64,000 bases of DNA from a virus: positions 1-64,000 of IMG/VR virus record IMGVR_UViG_3300045988_076196; one strand, 5' to 3'. The position numbers were made by a program, and so were the translations under genes. Every line of letters begins with the position of its first letter. Positions within the stretch are counted from its first letter, which is position 1. Under the pieces are notes generated by a model. That model was not told the origin of the DNA. It did not search any database and worked only from the letters and a program-made list of their open reading frames with translations. Shown here piece by piece: positions 10,322 to 19,652 of this stretch.

Positions 10322-10443
10322 TATCTTGGGTCAAATTTACGAGCTTTGCTAATAGCCTCATCATAATTATCTGCTTTGATATTTATGACATTTTCTTTAA
10401 TCCAACCGTCTTGTAAGTAACAATACCAAACTTCCCAAGTCAT
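10294..10443 (-). CDS. hypothetical protein (49 aa)
   Basis: ACAGGAGG RBS precedes ATG 10443; the longer ORF-track version would start inside promoter 10478..10506. Confidence 0.5.
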   Translation of the reverse strand: MTWEVWYCYLQDGWIKENVINIKADNYDEAISKARKFDPRYCCAQVVSK

Positions 10444-10477
10444 AATAAAACAACCTCCTGTTTCATTTGTTGGCTTA

Positions 10478-10506
10478 ATTATAGCATAGAAATAGTAGGT
10501 TGTCAA
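10478..10506 (-). promoter_or_regulatory. sigma70-type promoter
   Basis: minus strand TTGACA 10506..10501, 17 nt, TATAAT 10483..10478. Confidence 0.7.
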
Positions 10507-11132
10507 GAGGAAATTATCCCATATTCTAACATCCACTTATCAATTTCTTCTTGGCTCATAGTTGCATCTGTCCTTTTGCAATCAACCACCCTAAGACCGC
10601 TGGGATACGTTATAACCCGATTTTGCTCTATGCTATATCCTGCATCATATTCAAGCCGCAATCGGCATATACAGCCATCACAGCCGTCAGGACGATTGAT
10701 ATTAAATACCTTAGGTGAATCACCGAATACATTCAAGAATCGCCCAGAATCGATCCATTGCCCATCCATTTCTATATTCATGCTATCAGCCGCATTATCT
10801 TCAACTATGCGGCAATATTGCACATTATAATACAATGATTTTTTCCATTCGTTGATGTTACCTGATACCAATAGCCTAGTAGGTATATCAGATTTTTTTA
10901 TTGTATAATAATGTTTATTTTTAACGTATATATAGCTGTCTATTCGTGGATGGATATGTTGTGCCATAGTCAGCCATGATTTGATTTGCGGCTCATTCCA
11001 TTTGCGGCTTAATGTTTGGCTCATTGTCAGACATTGATTATTGGTGATAACGCTGAATTTAGCTTTCATATGGGTCTGATATAGGTCAATTCGCAGCTCT
11101 TGTAGTTGAGCCACACATAGGAATCTATTCAA
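10503..11132 (-). CDS. hypothetical protein (209 aa)
   Basis: TTG start 7 nt after a GAGGTG RBS. Confidence 0.6.
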   Translation of the reverse strand: MNRFLCVAQLQELRIDLYQTHMKAKFSVITNNQCLTMSQTLSRKWNEPQIKSWLTMAQHIHPRIDSYIYVKNKHYYTIKKSDIPTRLLVSGNINEWKKSLYYNVQYCRIVEDNAADSMNIEMDGQWIDSGRFLNVFGDSPKVFNINRPDGCDGCICRLRLEYDAGYSIEQNRVITYPSGLRVVDCKRTDATMSQEEIDKWMLEYGIISS

Positions 11133-11151
11133 GCATCATCACCTCACAATT

Positions 11152-11181
11152 ATTATATAATATTAAAGGCGGGATTGTCAA
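11152..11181 (-). promoter_or_regulatory. sigma70-type promoter with its -35 in a hairpin loop
   Basis: TTGACA 11181..11176, 18 nt, TATAAT 11157..11152. Confidence 0.55.
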
Positions 11182-11192
11182 GCCCCGCCTTT
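11165..11192 (-). terminator. hairpin after gene 11200..11826
   Basis: AAAGGCGGG / CCCGCCTTT 9-bp stem with a 10-nt loop that contains the -35 hexamer; only a short T/A-rich tail. Confidence 0.45.
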
Positions 11193-11199
11193 AATATTT

Positions 11200-11826
11200 T
11201 TATAGATTAAATGGATTCTCATCTGAATCATCCCAAGGATTTTCTGATTCATCAGGAGTGGGCGTATCAGTCGGAGTAGTATTGAACACATCCCCAAAAT
11301 CAGGCAGTGGGTCATTAGCAGGAGTAGATGTAGTTGTCTTAGTAGTAGTTAGCTCCTTGAGTGCAGGAATTTCATACTCGCCCTTTTCAATGGTTTCAAC
11401 AGAGCGAACGGCTGCAACATAGTTACGGACACGAACCTGCCCCTTCTGATTTTGATACTGCTCATCTGCAATGATTAGGCCAACGATTTTATTAACAAGT
11501 GTCTTTTCGTCAAAATCCCACTTATAGCCCTTATTAGACTTTTCAACCGCATTAGTAAAGCCCTTAAACATAGATGCCGCGCTATCCTTATAGGAACGAA
11601 TGAATGTACCAGCATTAGACCACTTCTTTTCCTTGCGTGTATCACCATCATACTGCTTCTTAAAATATCCCTTGTCATCGCCCTTGAAAATATCAAAATA
11701 AATCTTTAGATATTCTTTCTCAGGATGATCTTCTACCTTCAAAATCTTACAAATATAGCCATTTGGTGTTAGACGCTTAAAGGACGTGCTTTCAACGATA
11801 GAGTCCCAATTTTCAATTCTTTTCAA
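11200..11826 (-). CDS. DUF669-like ssDNA-binding protein candidate
   Basis: 208 aa with a T/P-rich linker and an acidic SSB-like tail ...DDSDENPFNL; belongs to a recombination module with the Sak4-like ATPase. Confidence 0.55.
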   Translation of the reverse strand: MKRIENWDSIVESTSFKRLTPNGYICKILKVEDHPEKEYLKIYFDIFKGDDKGYFKKQYDGDTRKEKKWSNAGTFIRSYKDSAASMFKGFTNAVEKSNKGYKWDFDEKTLVNKIVGLIIADEQYQNQKGQVRVRNYVAAVRSVETIEKGEYEIPALKELTTTKTTTSTPANDPLPDFGDVFNTTPTDTPTPDESENPWDDSDENPFNL

Positions 11827-11836
11827 TTTGATTACC

Positions 11837-12415
11837 TCACTTTAATGTTTTTGTGTTAAATGCTTTTTCTATAGGCCATTTATATGCCTTTATTCTAGCT
11901 CTTAAAGTTGTATATTTTATACCTAATTCAGTTGCCCAATCAGATAATATTTGAGATTTCCCATTGTATTCATATAATTCTTCTTCATTATATGTAATAG
12001 CTTTTGCAACATCCCAACCATATTTATTTATACGTGCCCAAGATGTTGCCGAAGGAACTCCATAAATTTCTTCCCATTCTTTTAATGTTTTTTCTTCACC
12101 ATTATATTTGTATTTTACGTTATTCCGTCTATTTCTACATTGTTCAGTCAATGTTATCCATCTGCAATTAGACGGGTAGTATCCTCCATTCGTATCAATT
12201 CTATCTAATGTTAAATCATCATTATATCCAGCATTGATTGCCCAATTATAAAAATTTTCAAACGAATCCTTCCATTCTTCACACATTGTTATACCACGTT
12301 TGCCATAATATTTATAATTATCATTGCCAACATAATAACATCTTGCCTTAACATCATTCCAAATGCGATATATTCTTGTATTTGACATGTTATGAGTTTT
12401 GTGCATCTTTATCAA
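11837..12415 (-). CDS. free-standing homing-endonuclease-like protein (HNH_3-like, His replaced by Arg)
   Basis: RIYRIWNDVKARC...LTLDRIDTNGGYYPSNCRWIT; paralog of 12554..13198 and 45300..46001. Confidence 0.7.
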   Translation of the reverse strand: MIKMHKTHNMSNTRIYRIWNDVKARCYYVGNDNYKYYGKRGITMCEEWKDSFENFYNWAINAGYNDDLTLDRIDTNGGYYPSNCRWITLTEQCRNRRNNVKYKYNGEEKTLKEWEEIYGVPSATSWARINKYGWDVAKAITYNEEELYEYNGKSQILSDWATELGIKYTTLRARIKAYKWPIEKAFNTKTLK

Positions 12416-12508
12416 TCTCCCTATATAAGATTTATTTAGAGTAGAGGGTTGATATAGGCAACCCTCTTAAACTAAGCTAGTTTGCAACCCAGCTTTGACC
12501 TCTACTAT

Positions 12509-12537
12509 ATTATATCACATTGCCATATATTTGTCAA
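12509..12537 (-). promoter_or_regulatory. sigma70-type promoter of the HEG cassette
   Basis: TTGACA 12537..12532, 17 nt, TATAAT 12514..12509. Confidence 0.7.
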
Positions 12538-12553
12538 GTATTATTTTTATATC

Positions 12554-13198
12554 TTACTCAGCTTTTTTAGCTGTAGTAGTAGATTTAGTTAGGGATTTTC
12601 CCACATCCCATTTATATTCATCCAATCGCATACGGATTGTACTTGACGCTATTCCTGTGATTCTGCTCCATTCTTCTAATGTATGCGATTCACCATTATA
12701 TTCAATAATTCTGTTCGTACTTCTATTATTAGCTTGTTCTCTGTCTGTTGACCATCTACAATTCTCTGGACAATAATTGCCGTTTGAATCAATTCTATCT
12801 ATGGTTAATTCATCAGAATACCCATTATTCATCGACCAATCATAAAAGCTTTCAAAATCATCCCATTCGTCACATACACAAATTCCCTTTGCTCCATACC
12901 AACAAAAACTGTTTCGATTTGGATTATAACATCTTTCTTTCATACCAATCCAAATCTTGTATAGCCTACTCTTTGACTCACCATGTGTTATAGTATGAGA
13001 GATAGATTTGTTGCATCCACAGCTTTTAGTATGCCCACTTTTCAAATATTCTCCTCGGACAACAACCTCATTTTCGCAGTCACACACGCATCTCCATTGG
13101 ATAATTTTGTTTCCGTTCGGTTTGATATAATCATCTGCTCTTGAAACAACCATCAACTTACTGAATCGTTGTCCTGTTAAATCCTTAAATTCACTCAT
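12554..13198 (-). CDS. free-standing homing-endonuclease-like protein
   Basis: CVCDC...SGHTKSCGCNKS zinc module and LTIDRIDSNGNYCPENCRWST. Confidence 0.7.
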   Translation of the reverse strand: MSEFKDLTGQRFSKLMVVSRADDYIKPNGNKIIQWRCVCDCENEVVVRGEYLKSGHTKSCGCNKSISHTITHGESKSRLYKIWIGMKERCYNPNRNSFCWYGAKGICVCDEWDDFESFYDWSMNNGYSDELTIDRIDSNGNYCPENCRWSTDREQANNRSTNRIIEYNGESHTLEEWSRITGIASSTIRMRLDEYKWDVGKSLTKSTTTAKKAE

Positions 13199-13302
13199 AT
13201 CATATTCTCCTTACTCAAGAATTTTATTAAGAGTGAGCAGAATGGAGTAAGCATCCTGCTCCAAGTAAGAAAAGTTTGCAACCTTCTCTTAGCCTCTATC
13301 TA

Positions 13303-13331
13303 ATTATACCACAAAGATATAATTTTGTCAA
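13303..13331 (-). promoter_or_regulatory. sigma70-type promoter of the HEG cassette
   Basis: TTGACA 13331..13326, 17 nt, TATAAT 13308..13303. Confidence 0.7.
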
Positions 13332-13341
13332 GTATTATTTT

Positions 13342-13974
13342 TTAATAATCTTTCAGCGCATCAATGACCAGCATAATGTCGTTAGGAATTTCATCCTTTT
13401 CAAATGCGCCTCTTGGTGTCTTAGCCGTGCTATTCTTAGCTCTTGTTTCAAACACATATTCGCCACTATCATTGATTCGAGATAGTAGCACAGTGGTCAT
13501 CTTGCTTTCAAGACAAATCTTATTGAGCTTGCGCCCATTGGTGAGCATACAAGTAAATCCATCATCACTGGTCTGAGTATGACCAATGAGAATCACCGTC
13601 AGATCGTCACGCATCTTATTGGAAAAATCTACAATACTATATACGCTCTGTGCTAAATCCATCCACTTGTCATACGCCTTTTCTTTGGCTCGGCGCATTT
13701 CGTCAGCTACCATACAACCATTCAGCGTATCAATCACAAGATACTTAATCTGTTTCTGCTTATCATTGATTTGCTGCATCAGACTATAAATGGAATTAGG
13801 GTCATCGCATACAAAATAATTCTTATTTGTCTTATTGTACTGATTACGCCATCCCTTCCAACTTAGTCCCTTACCATCTGCATCAATGTAAAATGTCAGC
13901 TTTGGGTCAAGATGCTCTAGGCTAGTTGTCTTACCAGAACCGCTTGCCCCAATAATCATAATTGCCTTGCTCAT
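13342..13974 (-). CDS. Sak4-like (AAA_24, RecA-core) recombination ATPase
   Basis: Walker A GASGSGKTT near the N-terminus; 210 aa; sits beside the DUF669-like gene. Confidence 0.7.
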   Translation of the reverse strand: MSKAIMIIGASGSGKTTSLEHLDPKLTFYIDADGKGLSWKGWRNQYNKTNKNYFVCDDPNSIYSLMQQINDKQKQIKYLVIDTLNGCMVADEMRRAKEKAYDKWMDLAQSVYSIVDFSNKMRDDLTVILIGHTQTSDDGFTCMLTNGRKLNKICLESKMTTVLLSRINDSGEYVFETRAKNSTAKTPRGAFEKDEIPNDIMLVIDALKDY

Positions 13975-13982
13975 TTACTTAC

Positions 13983-14180
13983 TCAATCCTCCTTTTTAAT
14001 CTTCTTTTCAAGTGCTATGGAATCAACCCCAACTTTGTGGCAAATGTAATTCACAGCATTAGCATTACCAAACCGCCAATACATATCATCCTTGTCGGTT
14101 GCTTTATTGGTATCTGCGCTATCTCTCAATAGAGTTTCAATAGCGCTAATAAATTTCTTATTTGAAATCAATCCAAACAT
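13983..14180 (-). CDS. hypothetical protein (65 aa)
   Basis: AAGGAGGA RBS. Confidence 0.5.
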   Translation of the reverse strand: MFGLISNKKFISAIETLLRDSADTNKATDKDDMYWRFGNANAVNYICHKVGVDSIALEKKIKKED

Positions 14181-14184
14181 TTAC

Positions 14185-14349
14185 TTAATCCTCCTTATTA
14201 TTTTCTTTATTTAATGCTACTACAGCCATAGCAATAGCTTCAGGTAAATTTGGGTTGATATAAGAAAATTCTTTATATTCAATACAAATTTCTCTATAAT
14301 TACCATATTCCTTGACTATCAATGTGGCAGCTTCTTGATTTGTCATCAT
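14185..14349 (-). CDS. hypothetical protein (54 aa, below ORF-track cutoff)
   Basis: ATG 14349, open to TAA at 14185; fills an otherwise empty gap in the operon. Confidence 0.45.
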   Translation of the reverse strand: MMTNQEAATLIVKEYGNYREICIEYKEFSYINPNLPEAIAMAVVALNKENNKED

Positions 14350-14354
14350 TTACC

Positions 14355-14684
14355 TCATTCAATTTCTTTTAGCCAAAAATCACGTTTACATTTTTCACAA
14401 TCCATATTACAATTTTGTGCAGGTTCTCTATATCCTTCAACAAATCTCGAAGGGCAAATACAAATATAATCATCAATCATTTCCGTTTCGGGAAACAGCT
14501 TAAGCAATTCGCTCTGTCTTGTTTTGGCAGGATGTTCTTTTGTCCATTGTTCTACGATGGAAACTAGCTTAAAAACACCGTTAAGAGATGAACACTCTTC
14601 ATAATGACCAGCTGGACAATCATTACAATTTACATAATAATCACACATTCGATTTCGTTGCTTTACATATTCAACAGCATCCAT
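14355..14684 (-). CDS. Cys-rich protein (109 aa)
   Basis: several CxxC motifs; operon strand. Confidence 0.6.
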   Translation of the reverse strand: MDAVEYVKQRNRMCDYYVNCNDCPAGHYEECSSLNGVFKLVSIVEQWTKEHPAKTRQSELLKLFPETEMIDDYICICPSRFVEGYREPAQNCNMDCEKCKRDFWLKEIE

Positions 14685-14687
14685 TAT

Positions 14688-14888
14688 TTACACCTCCTCT
14701 AATTTTACACAATATTTTGATTCTTGAAAAATGCAATCTTCACAATTAAATGTATTGTAACAACATTCTTTGCAATTCTTTGGCACATTATATCCCATAT
14801 CACCATACCAGTCATATTGCCTATCGAGCGCAATCGGGCAATACCCAGTCACACATTCATTTGCACAGAATCCTTTACATTTCTTCAT
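14688..14888 (-). CDS. Cys-rich protein (66 aa)
   Basis: about 12 Cys in 66 aa. Confidence 0.55.
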   Translation of the reverse strand: MKKCKGFCANECVTGYCPIALDRQYDWYGDMGYNVPKNCKECCYNTFNCEDCIFQESKYCVKLEEV

Positions 14889-14902
14889 GCTTCTTCAAAC
14901 CT

Positions 14903-15160
14903 TTAATCCTCTTTTACGCCCATCGCCCTATCACAGCAAATTTTATAATCATTAACAACAGCATCCCTTGCATCCAACCAGAATCTAGTTAAATAATCAA
15001 CTGGCTCGTCTGGGAAATAAAACAGTAGCAACTTTACTACATTATTGTCAGCATTAAGGACACCTTTGATATTATTATATAAGCTATTATATCGCTCATA
15101 AAAATCTACAGGTTCTTCCACACTTTCATCTCCTGATACGTTTCTGATAATGTTACCCAT
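14903..15160 (-). CDS. hypothetical protein (85 aa)
   Basis: ORF on the operon strand; overlaps the polB 3' end. Confidence 0.45.
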   Translation of the reverse strand: MGNIIRNVSGDESVEEPVDFYERYNSLYNNIKGVLNADNNVVKLLLFYFPDEPVDYLTRFWLDARDAVVNDYKICCDRAMGVKED

Positions 15161-17532
15161 TCACCATTTTCATCCTTTTTCATTTTATTTTTTTCTTGCA
15201 ACACAGCTCTAATAACATCACCCTTTGATAATTGATGATTCGTCCAGAATTTTTTATTGGCTCTATATGTGCGTTCTGCGCCATAGCATAAGTTATAAAG
15301 CGTACAATAAACCGTACCATATCCTGTTGTCTTGACATCTAGCACTAGCCAATCATTAGGGTCTGAATTGGGGTCGTTGCCATCCACATAGCCTAATAAC
15401 TCAATCTGCCATTTCAGTTTATCAGTGATTGTGGTCTTAGGCATTTTCATCGAACGCAGGATTGCTAAGATGATGCCGCGATTATCAAGCTGACTAACTG
15501 TTTTCTCTGTTAGCTTACCGGCATATGGCTCAAGCATATCTACATTATAACCCATTTCAACCCATTTGTCAAGTTTAATTGTCTTGCATTTTGAAAAATT
15601 TTTATATACATCAATACCAATTAGCAATGCTTTGGCAGAACCATAACATTCAAGATAACCTAGCTTAATCAATTTGTCGAGTTGCGAATAGCCACATTTT
15701 AGATTAGGCAAATCGTCAAGCAAATCAAGAAATGATGGATATGGTTTTTCTTTTCCAATCAATTCTATCTCATTCTTGATTTCGTTATCTACACCCTTGA
15801 TTTCGTTCTTGACTTTGGATTGGCCTCTGCCTGTTAAGAAATCATTAAGCCTCTTATTGGCTTCATCGATGTAATATTGCTTATCAAGATAATCTGGTAC
15901 TTTTACACCTATGACGTTCTCATTATAGATAAAGCATCTATCAGCAGTACCAGCCATCTTTTCAGGATTGCCGCCATCTTTGACCTTAAATACACCAGCG
16001 TCCGATTCTCTAGTTGATGCAAATACGCGCAATACGCGTTCTCTTAGAACCTTATCGCCGTGCATAGAATGAATATATGAGCCGCCTATCTTGACTATCT
16101 TTTGAAATTCAATTAAATCATTGCAATTATTGATAGTATCCTCAATGGGCGTTCCTGAAATGAAATAAGAGTTGAGGGCTTTGTTAAGAATGGGCAAGTC
16201 GTAATCAACCTTGCTCAATTTCTTCACATACGCACCTTTGCTTTTCGGGCCGTCCTCTTCAACTAAGATATAATTGTTTACATCCTTTTGCCAGATAGCT
16301 GAAGCATAATCAAATTCAAGAGATAGCCGCACTCGCTTTTCCCAATCGTGCATGATTTGCTCAACAATCAGCTCATTCGCCTCATCTTCAAAATAGACAT
16401 ATACACCATCTGTATTAGACTGAATCAATTTGCAATATGGCTCGATTTTCTCAATCAGGTCAAGTAGCAATAGCTGACCTGTCACACAGACGCACCGACA
16501 CATTCTTGGGTCGTATAGTGGATTGTGTTCATCACCAGATGCTCCATACGTTGAATTTAGAACAATCTTGTACGGCTTCTGCATTGGATTCTTTTCTTTC
16601 TTTAGCTTTAGGCGTGTGTCTCTAATCTGTCTATACAACTCAGGGTCTTTGACATTACGACTAAGCAAGCCATATTCAATCATAATGGATGGATATAGGG
16701 ATGCTACATCTGCACACAGAATCTTGCCTTTGTATTGGAAATTATCAATGCACCCATGTATCCCGCCCCATCCAATAACATGTGGAATACCGGCTATGGT
16801 GGTATATAGCGATTTATCTACTCTATGATTTTTTGGGTCTTGAAACCATTCTAGCACATATCTATACTTATCCAGAATCAATGTATCAGGATAAATAATA
16901 TCAAATTCATCATCGTGCTTTTGCTTGACAGCACCTAAAATCTTAGCGACAAGCTGAGCCTTAGTTCTATTGAAATCCTCAAGAGGCAAATTGAATGCCT
17001 CAATCAATGAAGCTTGACTATCAAATTCCTCATGCTTTGCATCGAACACTTCAATGGTCTGTTCAACATCGTGCGTACAGTAATATATCGTCTGCTCAAG
17101 TTCATCTCTAGTCAATGGATGGTCAATAGTAAAGTCAATATCAGACTCTTTAATCTGCTGACCCATAAATCCTTCAAATTGCTTCAGACTATGAAATTTA
17201 TCACTAATATCAAAATTAAGCAAAGGATATTGTTCTTTTTGTTCTTTAGTTAAAATTTGATGTTCTTTCAATCCTTTGTTGATTAGAGCATCGTTTACTT
17301 CATATGCGTTTTTACCACATAGCAAAGATTTAAGCAATGGCGCATCATAATTTCTTGAATTGTAGCCAACCCATATATAGCCCAGCTTATTACATTTTTC
17401 ATACACTTGTCGTAATCGCTCTACATCATTGTGTATGATACATTTGCGCTTTGAGGTGTAGTCAATTAACACAACTAGCCAATCGTATCTAAACACCTCA
17501 AAATCATAAAACATTAGTTTATAGTTCATCAC
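15106..17532 (-). CDS. family-B DNA polymerase with 3'-5' exonuclease
   Basis: Exo I FYDFE, Exo II NSRNYD, Exo III YCTHD; Pol A DVASLYPS, Pol B KIVLNSTYG, Pol C SNTDGV. Confidence 0.9.
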   Translation of the reverse strand: MMNYKLMFYDFEVFRYDWLVVLIDYTSKRKCIIHNDVERLRQVYEKCNKLGYIWVGYNSRNYDAPLLKSLLCGKNAYEVNDALINKGLKEHQILTKEQKEQYPLLNFDISDKFHSLKQFEGFMGQQIKESDIDFTIDHPLTRDELEQTIYYCTHDVEQTIEVFDAKHEEFDSQASLIEAFNLPLEDFNRTKAQLVAKILGAVKQKHDDEFDIIYPDTLILDKYRYVLEWFQDPKNHRVDKSLYTTIAGIPHVIGWGGIHGCIDNFQYKGKILCADVASLYPSIMIEYGLLSRNVKDPELYRQIRDTRLKLKKEKNPMQKPYKIVLNSTYGASGDEHNPLYDPRMCRCVCVTGQLLLLDLIEKIEPYCKLIQSNTDGVYVYFEDEANELIVEQIMHDWEKRVRLSLEFDYASAIWQKDVNNYILVEEDGPKSKGAYVKKLSKVDYDLPILNKALNSYFISGTPIEDTINNCNDLIEFQKIVKIGGSYIHSMHGDKVLRERVLRVFASTRESDAGVFKVKDGGNPEKMAGTADRCFIYNENVIGVKVPDYLDKQYYIDEANKRLNDFLTGRGQSKVKNEIKGVDNEIKNEIELIGKEKPYPSFLDLLDDLPNLKCGYSQLDKLIKLGYLECYGSAKALLIGIDVYKNFSKCKTIKLDKWVEMGYNVDMLEPYAGKLTEKTVSQLDNRGIILAILRSMKMPKTTITDKLKWQIELLGYVDGNDPNSDPNDWLVLDVKTTGYGTVYCTLYNLCYGAERTYRANKKFWTNHQLSKGDVIRAVLQEKNKMKKDENGEWVTLSETYQEMKVWKNL
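15544..15572 (-). promoter_or_regulatory. consensus promoter-like site inside polB
   Basis: TTGACA 15572..15567, 17 nt, TATAAT 15549..15544, within the coding sequence. Confidence 0.35.
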
Positions 17533-17852
17533 TTCATCAACTCAAATACATCTTCTTTTTCTTCGTACTGAACAATTTGTCCAAGATAATATTCCACTGT
17601 TTCATCAATGGTGCTAAGTAAACAAACAATAATTGTGCCATCTTCATTGGACGCTTCACGGCTTGTCATTGTGATTACATAATGATAGTAATCTTTTTGA
17701 TGAACCTCAAGTCGCATGAATCCCTCAAATAACAAGTCTTTATCATTTGTCCCTCGAATAGCATCCATCGTTTCCATCTTCCGCTTTAGTTCAACCTTAA
17801 ATACCCCAGCATCATTTCTCAGATTGATAATATCCCCAATATTATATTCCAT
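17529..17852 (-). CDS. hypothetical protein (107 aa)
   Basis: ATGA overlap with polB. Confidence 0.6.
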   Translation of the reverse strand: MEYNIGDIINLRNDAGVFKVELKRKMETMDAIRGTNDKDLLFEGFMRLEVHQKDYYHYVITMTSREASNEDGTIIVCLLSTIDETVEYYLGQIVQYEEKEDVFELMK

Positions 17853-17856
17853 CTTT

Positions 17857-18111
17857 TTATTCCTCCTTCATATATCCACCACAATATTCACATCTTGCCT
17901 TATTGGGATTATGCGGTGCGCCACAATGAGGACAAATTATTGGATATTTAGGTCGTATTTTAATCACGCCAAGCATCTTATCATAATTTGCATTACATTC
18001 AGACGCGCCAGTATATTGTTCAACCTTTTGTTGTAATGTTTTTACTTTTTCTATAATGTTATAATTACCAGCCAACGGCGATTCAACAAACGCGCTAGTC
18101 CAATCTCTCAT
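17857..18111 (-). CDS. zinc-ribbon protein (84 aa)
   Basis: CPHCG...CEYCG. Confidence 0.6.
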   Translation of the reverse strand: MRDWTSAFVESPLAGNYNIIEKVKTLQQKVEQYTGASECNANYDKMLGVIKIRPKYPIICPHCGAPHNPNKARCEYCGGYMKEE

Positions 18112-18749
18112 TTATGATTCGCCGGTATAACCACACCGTCCCCATTTTCAGCCTTAAAATAAATAGGGCTAATTCTATTTGCCGCATACGCTTTACAATT
18201 AGGCAAACATTCCATGATATTCAAAAGATGCTGTGGATTAACCCACAGATTCAATTCTTCATTCAGCAGATAATCCTCTACTTTCTTGGGATTATTCTTT
18301 TCTTTGATTTTGTGTGTCTTGATATATACCTTGAGTTCGCCAATATCAGGCAACTTGATTTCTTTAGAGCCGTCCATGGGTCTAACAATATGCTCAAGCT
18401 GCATTTCTTGTCCATGATATTTTTCATCAATCTCAGGCAGGAGCGGCTTTTCATTGAATCTAATAGCTACAAATCCATCGCATACACAATATTTTGTTTC
18501 GCCGCATTTATCCTTGTTCTCAAACATACCAGCTAATACATCACGATCATTTGACTTAGCATTCTTGATAATCCTATTCGCCGCAGTCACAATCGAATTT
18601 GTACCAGATTTCTTTGATTGCTCAATGAGCATATCAGCTTCAAGTTGCTTCAGTGTAATATCCATATCCTTGGCAATTAGATACAACCCGGAAGTATCAC
18701 AAGAATCACGCCATACTTTGATAATATCATACAGTCTTTCAGTGGTCAT
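18108..18749 (-). CDS. hypothetical protein; C-terminus resembles a beta-sliding-clamp domain
   Basis: LWVNPQHLLNIMECL...ISPIYFKAENGDGVVIP resembles the DnaN domain III ending (by-eye similarity only). Confidence 0.55.
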   Translation of the reverse strand: MTTERLYDIIKVWRDSCDTSGLYLIAKDMDITLKQLEADMLIEQSKKSGTNSIVTAANRIIKNAKSNDRDVLAGMFENKDKCGETKYCVCDGFVAIRFNEKPLLPEIDEKYHGQEMQLEHIVRPMDGSKEIKLPDIGELKVYIKTHKIKEKNNPKKVEDYLLNEELNLWVNPQHLLNIMECLPNCKAYAANRISPIYFKAENGDGVVIPANHK

Positions 18750-18937
18750 AATTGTTTACTCCTAACTTTTTTATCAGTTCTAAAATCTACTACTCTATTA
18801 TTAGGGTCAAAATCCTTTGATGGTTTAGGCATGATTTCCTCTATCATATCGTTAAACCATTTATAGCTATGCAATCTGTCCCACAAATTCTTAAATTGTT
18901 CTTCTGTAAGAATTGGTAGTTTGAATTTTTCATCCAT
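18746..18937 (-). CDS. hypothetical protein (63 aa)
   Basis: operon strand, overlapping stop/start. Confidence 0.5.
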   Translation of the reverse strand: MDEKFKLPILTEEQFKNLWDRLHSYKWFNDMIEEIMPKPSKDFDPNNRVVDFRTDKKVRSKQL

Positions 18938-18943
18938 AATTAT

Positions 18944-19228
18944 TTATTCCCTATAATCGTCATAAATTTCAAGCACATAATGCTTCTCGTCTCTCCACTT
19001 GCGTGGTGGTGCAATGATAACTTCATGTCCCGTTTCATCGGTCAATTCTTTTAGCCTAGCCATAGACGAAATATCAATATATGTAATATCCCATTCGCTA
19101 TTATTGCTTTTATTCCTTACTCGTGTCATGTACATCTTATACTTTTCATCCCCAAGACAAGGATACTTGTTAATTGCCCCAACATAAGATGGGTAGCCAA
19201 TCGATGTGATGTTCAAACAGAATTTCAT
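18944..19228 (-). CDS. hypothetical protein (94 aa)
   Basis: ATG 19228 follows an AAAGGGG RBS; ORF-track start 19249 would be only about 5 nt from the predicted TSS. Confidence 0.55.
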   Translation of the reverse strand: MKFCLNITSIGYPSYVGAINKYPCLGDEKYKMYMTRVRNKSNNSEWDITYIDISSMARLKELTDETGHEVIIAPPRKWRDEKHYVLEIYDDYRE

Positions 19229-19260
19229 AATAATAACCGCCCCTTTCATTTGATACTTGA

Positions 19261-19289
19261 ATTATATCATAGATTGGAGCGGTTGTCAA
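19261..19289 (-). promoter_or_regulatory. sigma70-type promoter
   Basis: TTGACA 19289..19284, 17 nt, TATAAT 19266..19261. Confidence 0.7.
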
Positions 19290-19298
19290 TAGGGTTAT

Positions 19299-19652
19299 TT
19301 AATTTTTTCTTAGTATTTTAGCGTCAATCAGCTCTTTCTGATTAAGCCATTCCAAATCATTTTCAATATCTATCATTGCACGATTCGTTTGTTCGTCAAT
19401 CAAAAACCTATCCTTCTCATATTCGATAGTAACTCGAATTGCGCCACATTGACCAACTAATCTTGGGTCTGTCCCATAAATATAACGTAATATATTCATG
19501 TCAAATGTAATCAAAGCGTCATGCAGTTTAACATTTGTCACTACATAAGCAATATCAATTTTGTGAGCAACTTGTAATTTGAAATTCTGCGTTATAAATT
19601 CACCAAACGTCATATCACAACCACACCTTCTGATCCTGTTGAGTACATACAA
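19299..19652 (-). CDS. hypothetical protein (117 aa)
   Basis: operon strand. Confidence 0.55.
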   Translation of the reverse strand: MYVLNRIRRCGCDMTFGEFITQNFKLQVAHKIDIAYVVTNVKLHDALITFDMNILRYIYGTDPRLVGQCGAIRVTIEYEKDRFLIDEQTNRAMIDIENDLEWLNQKELIDAKILRKN

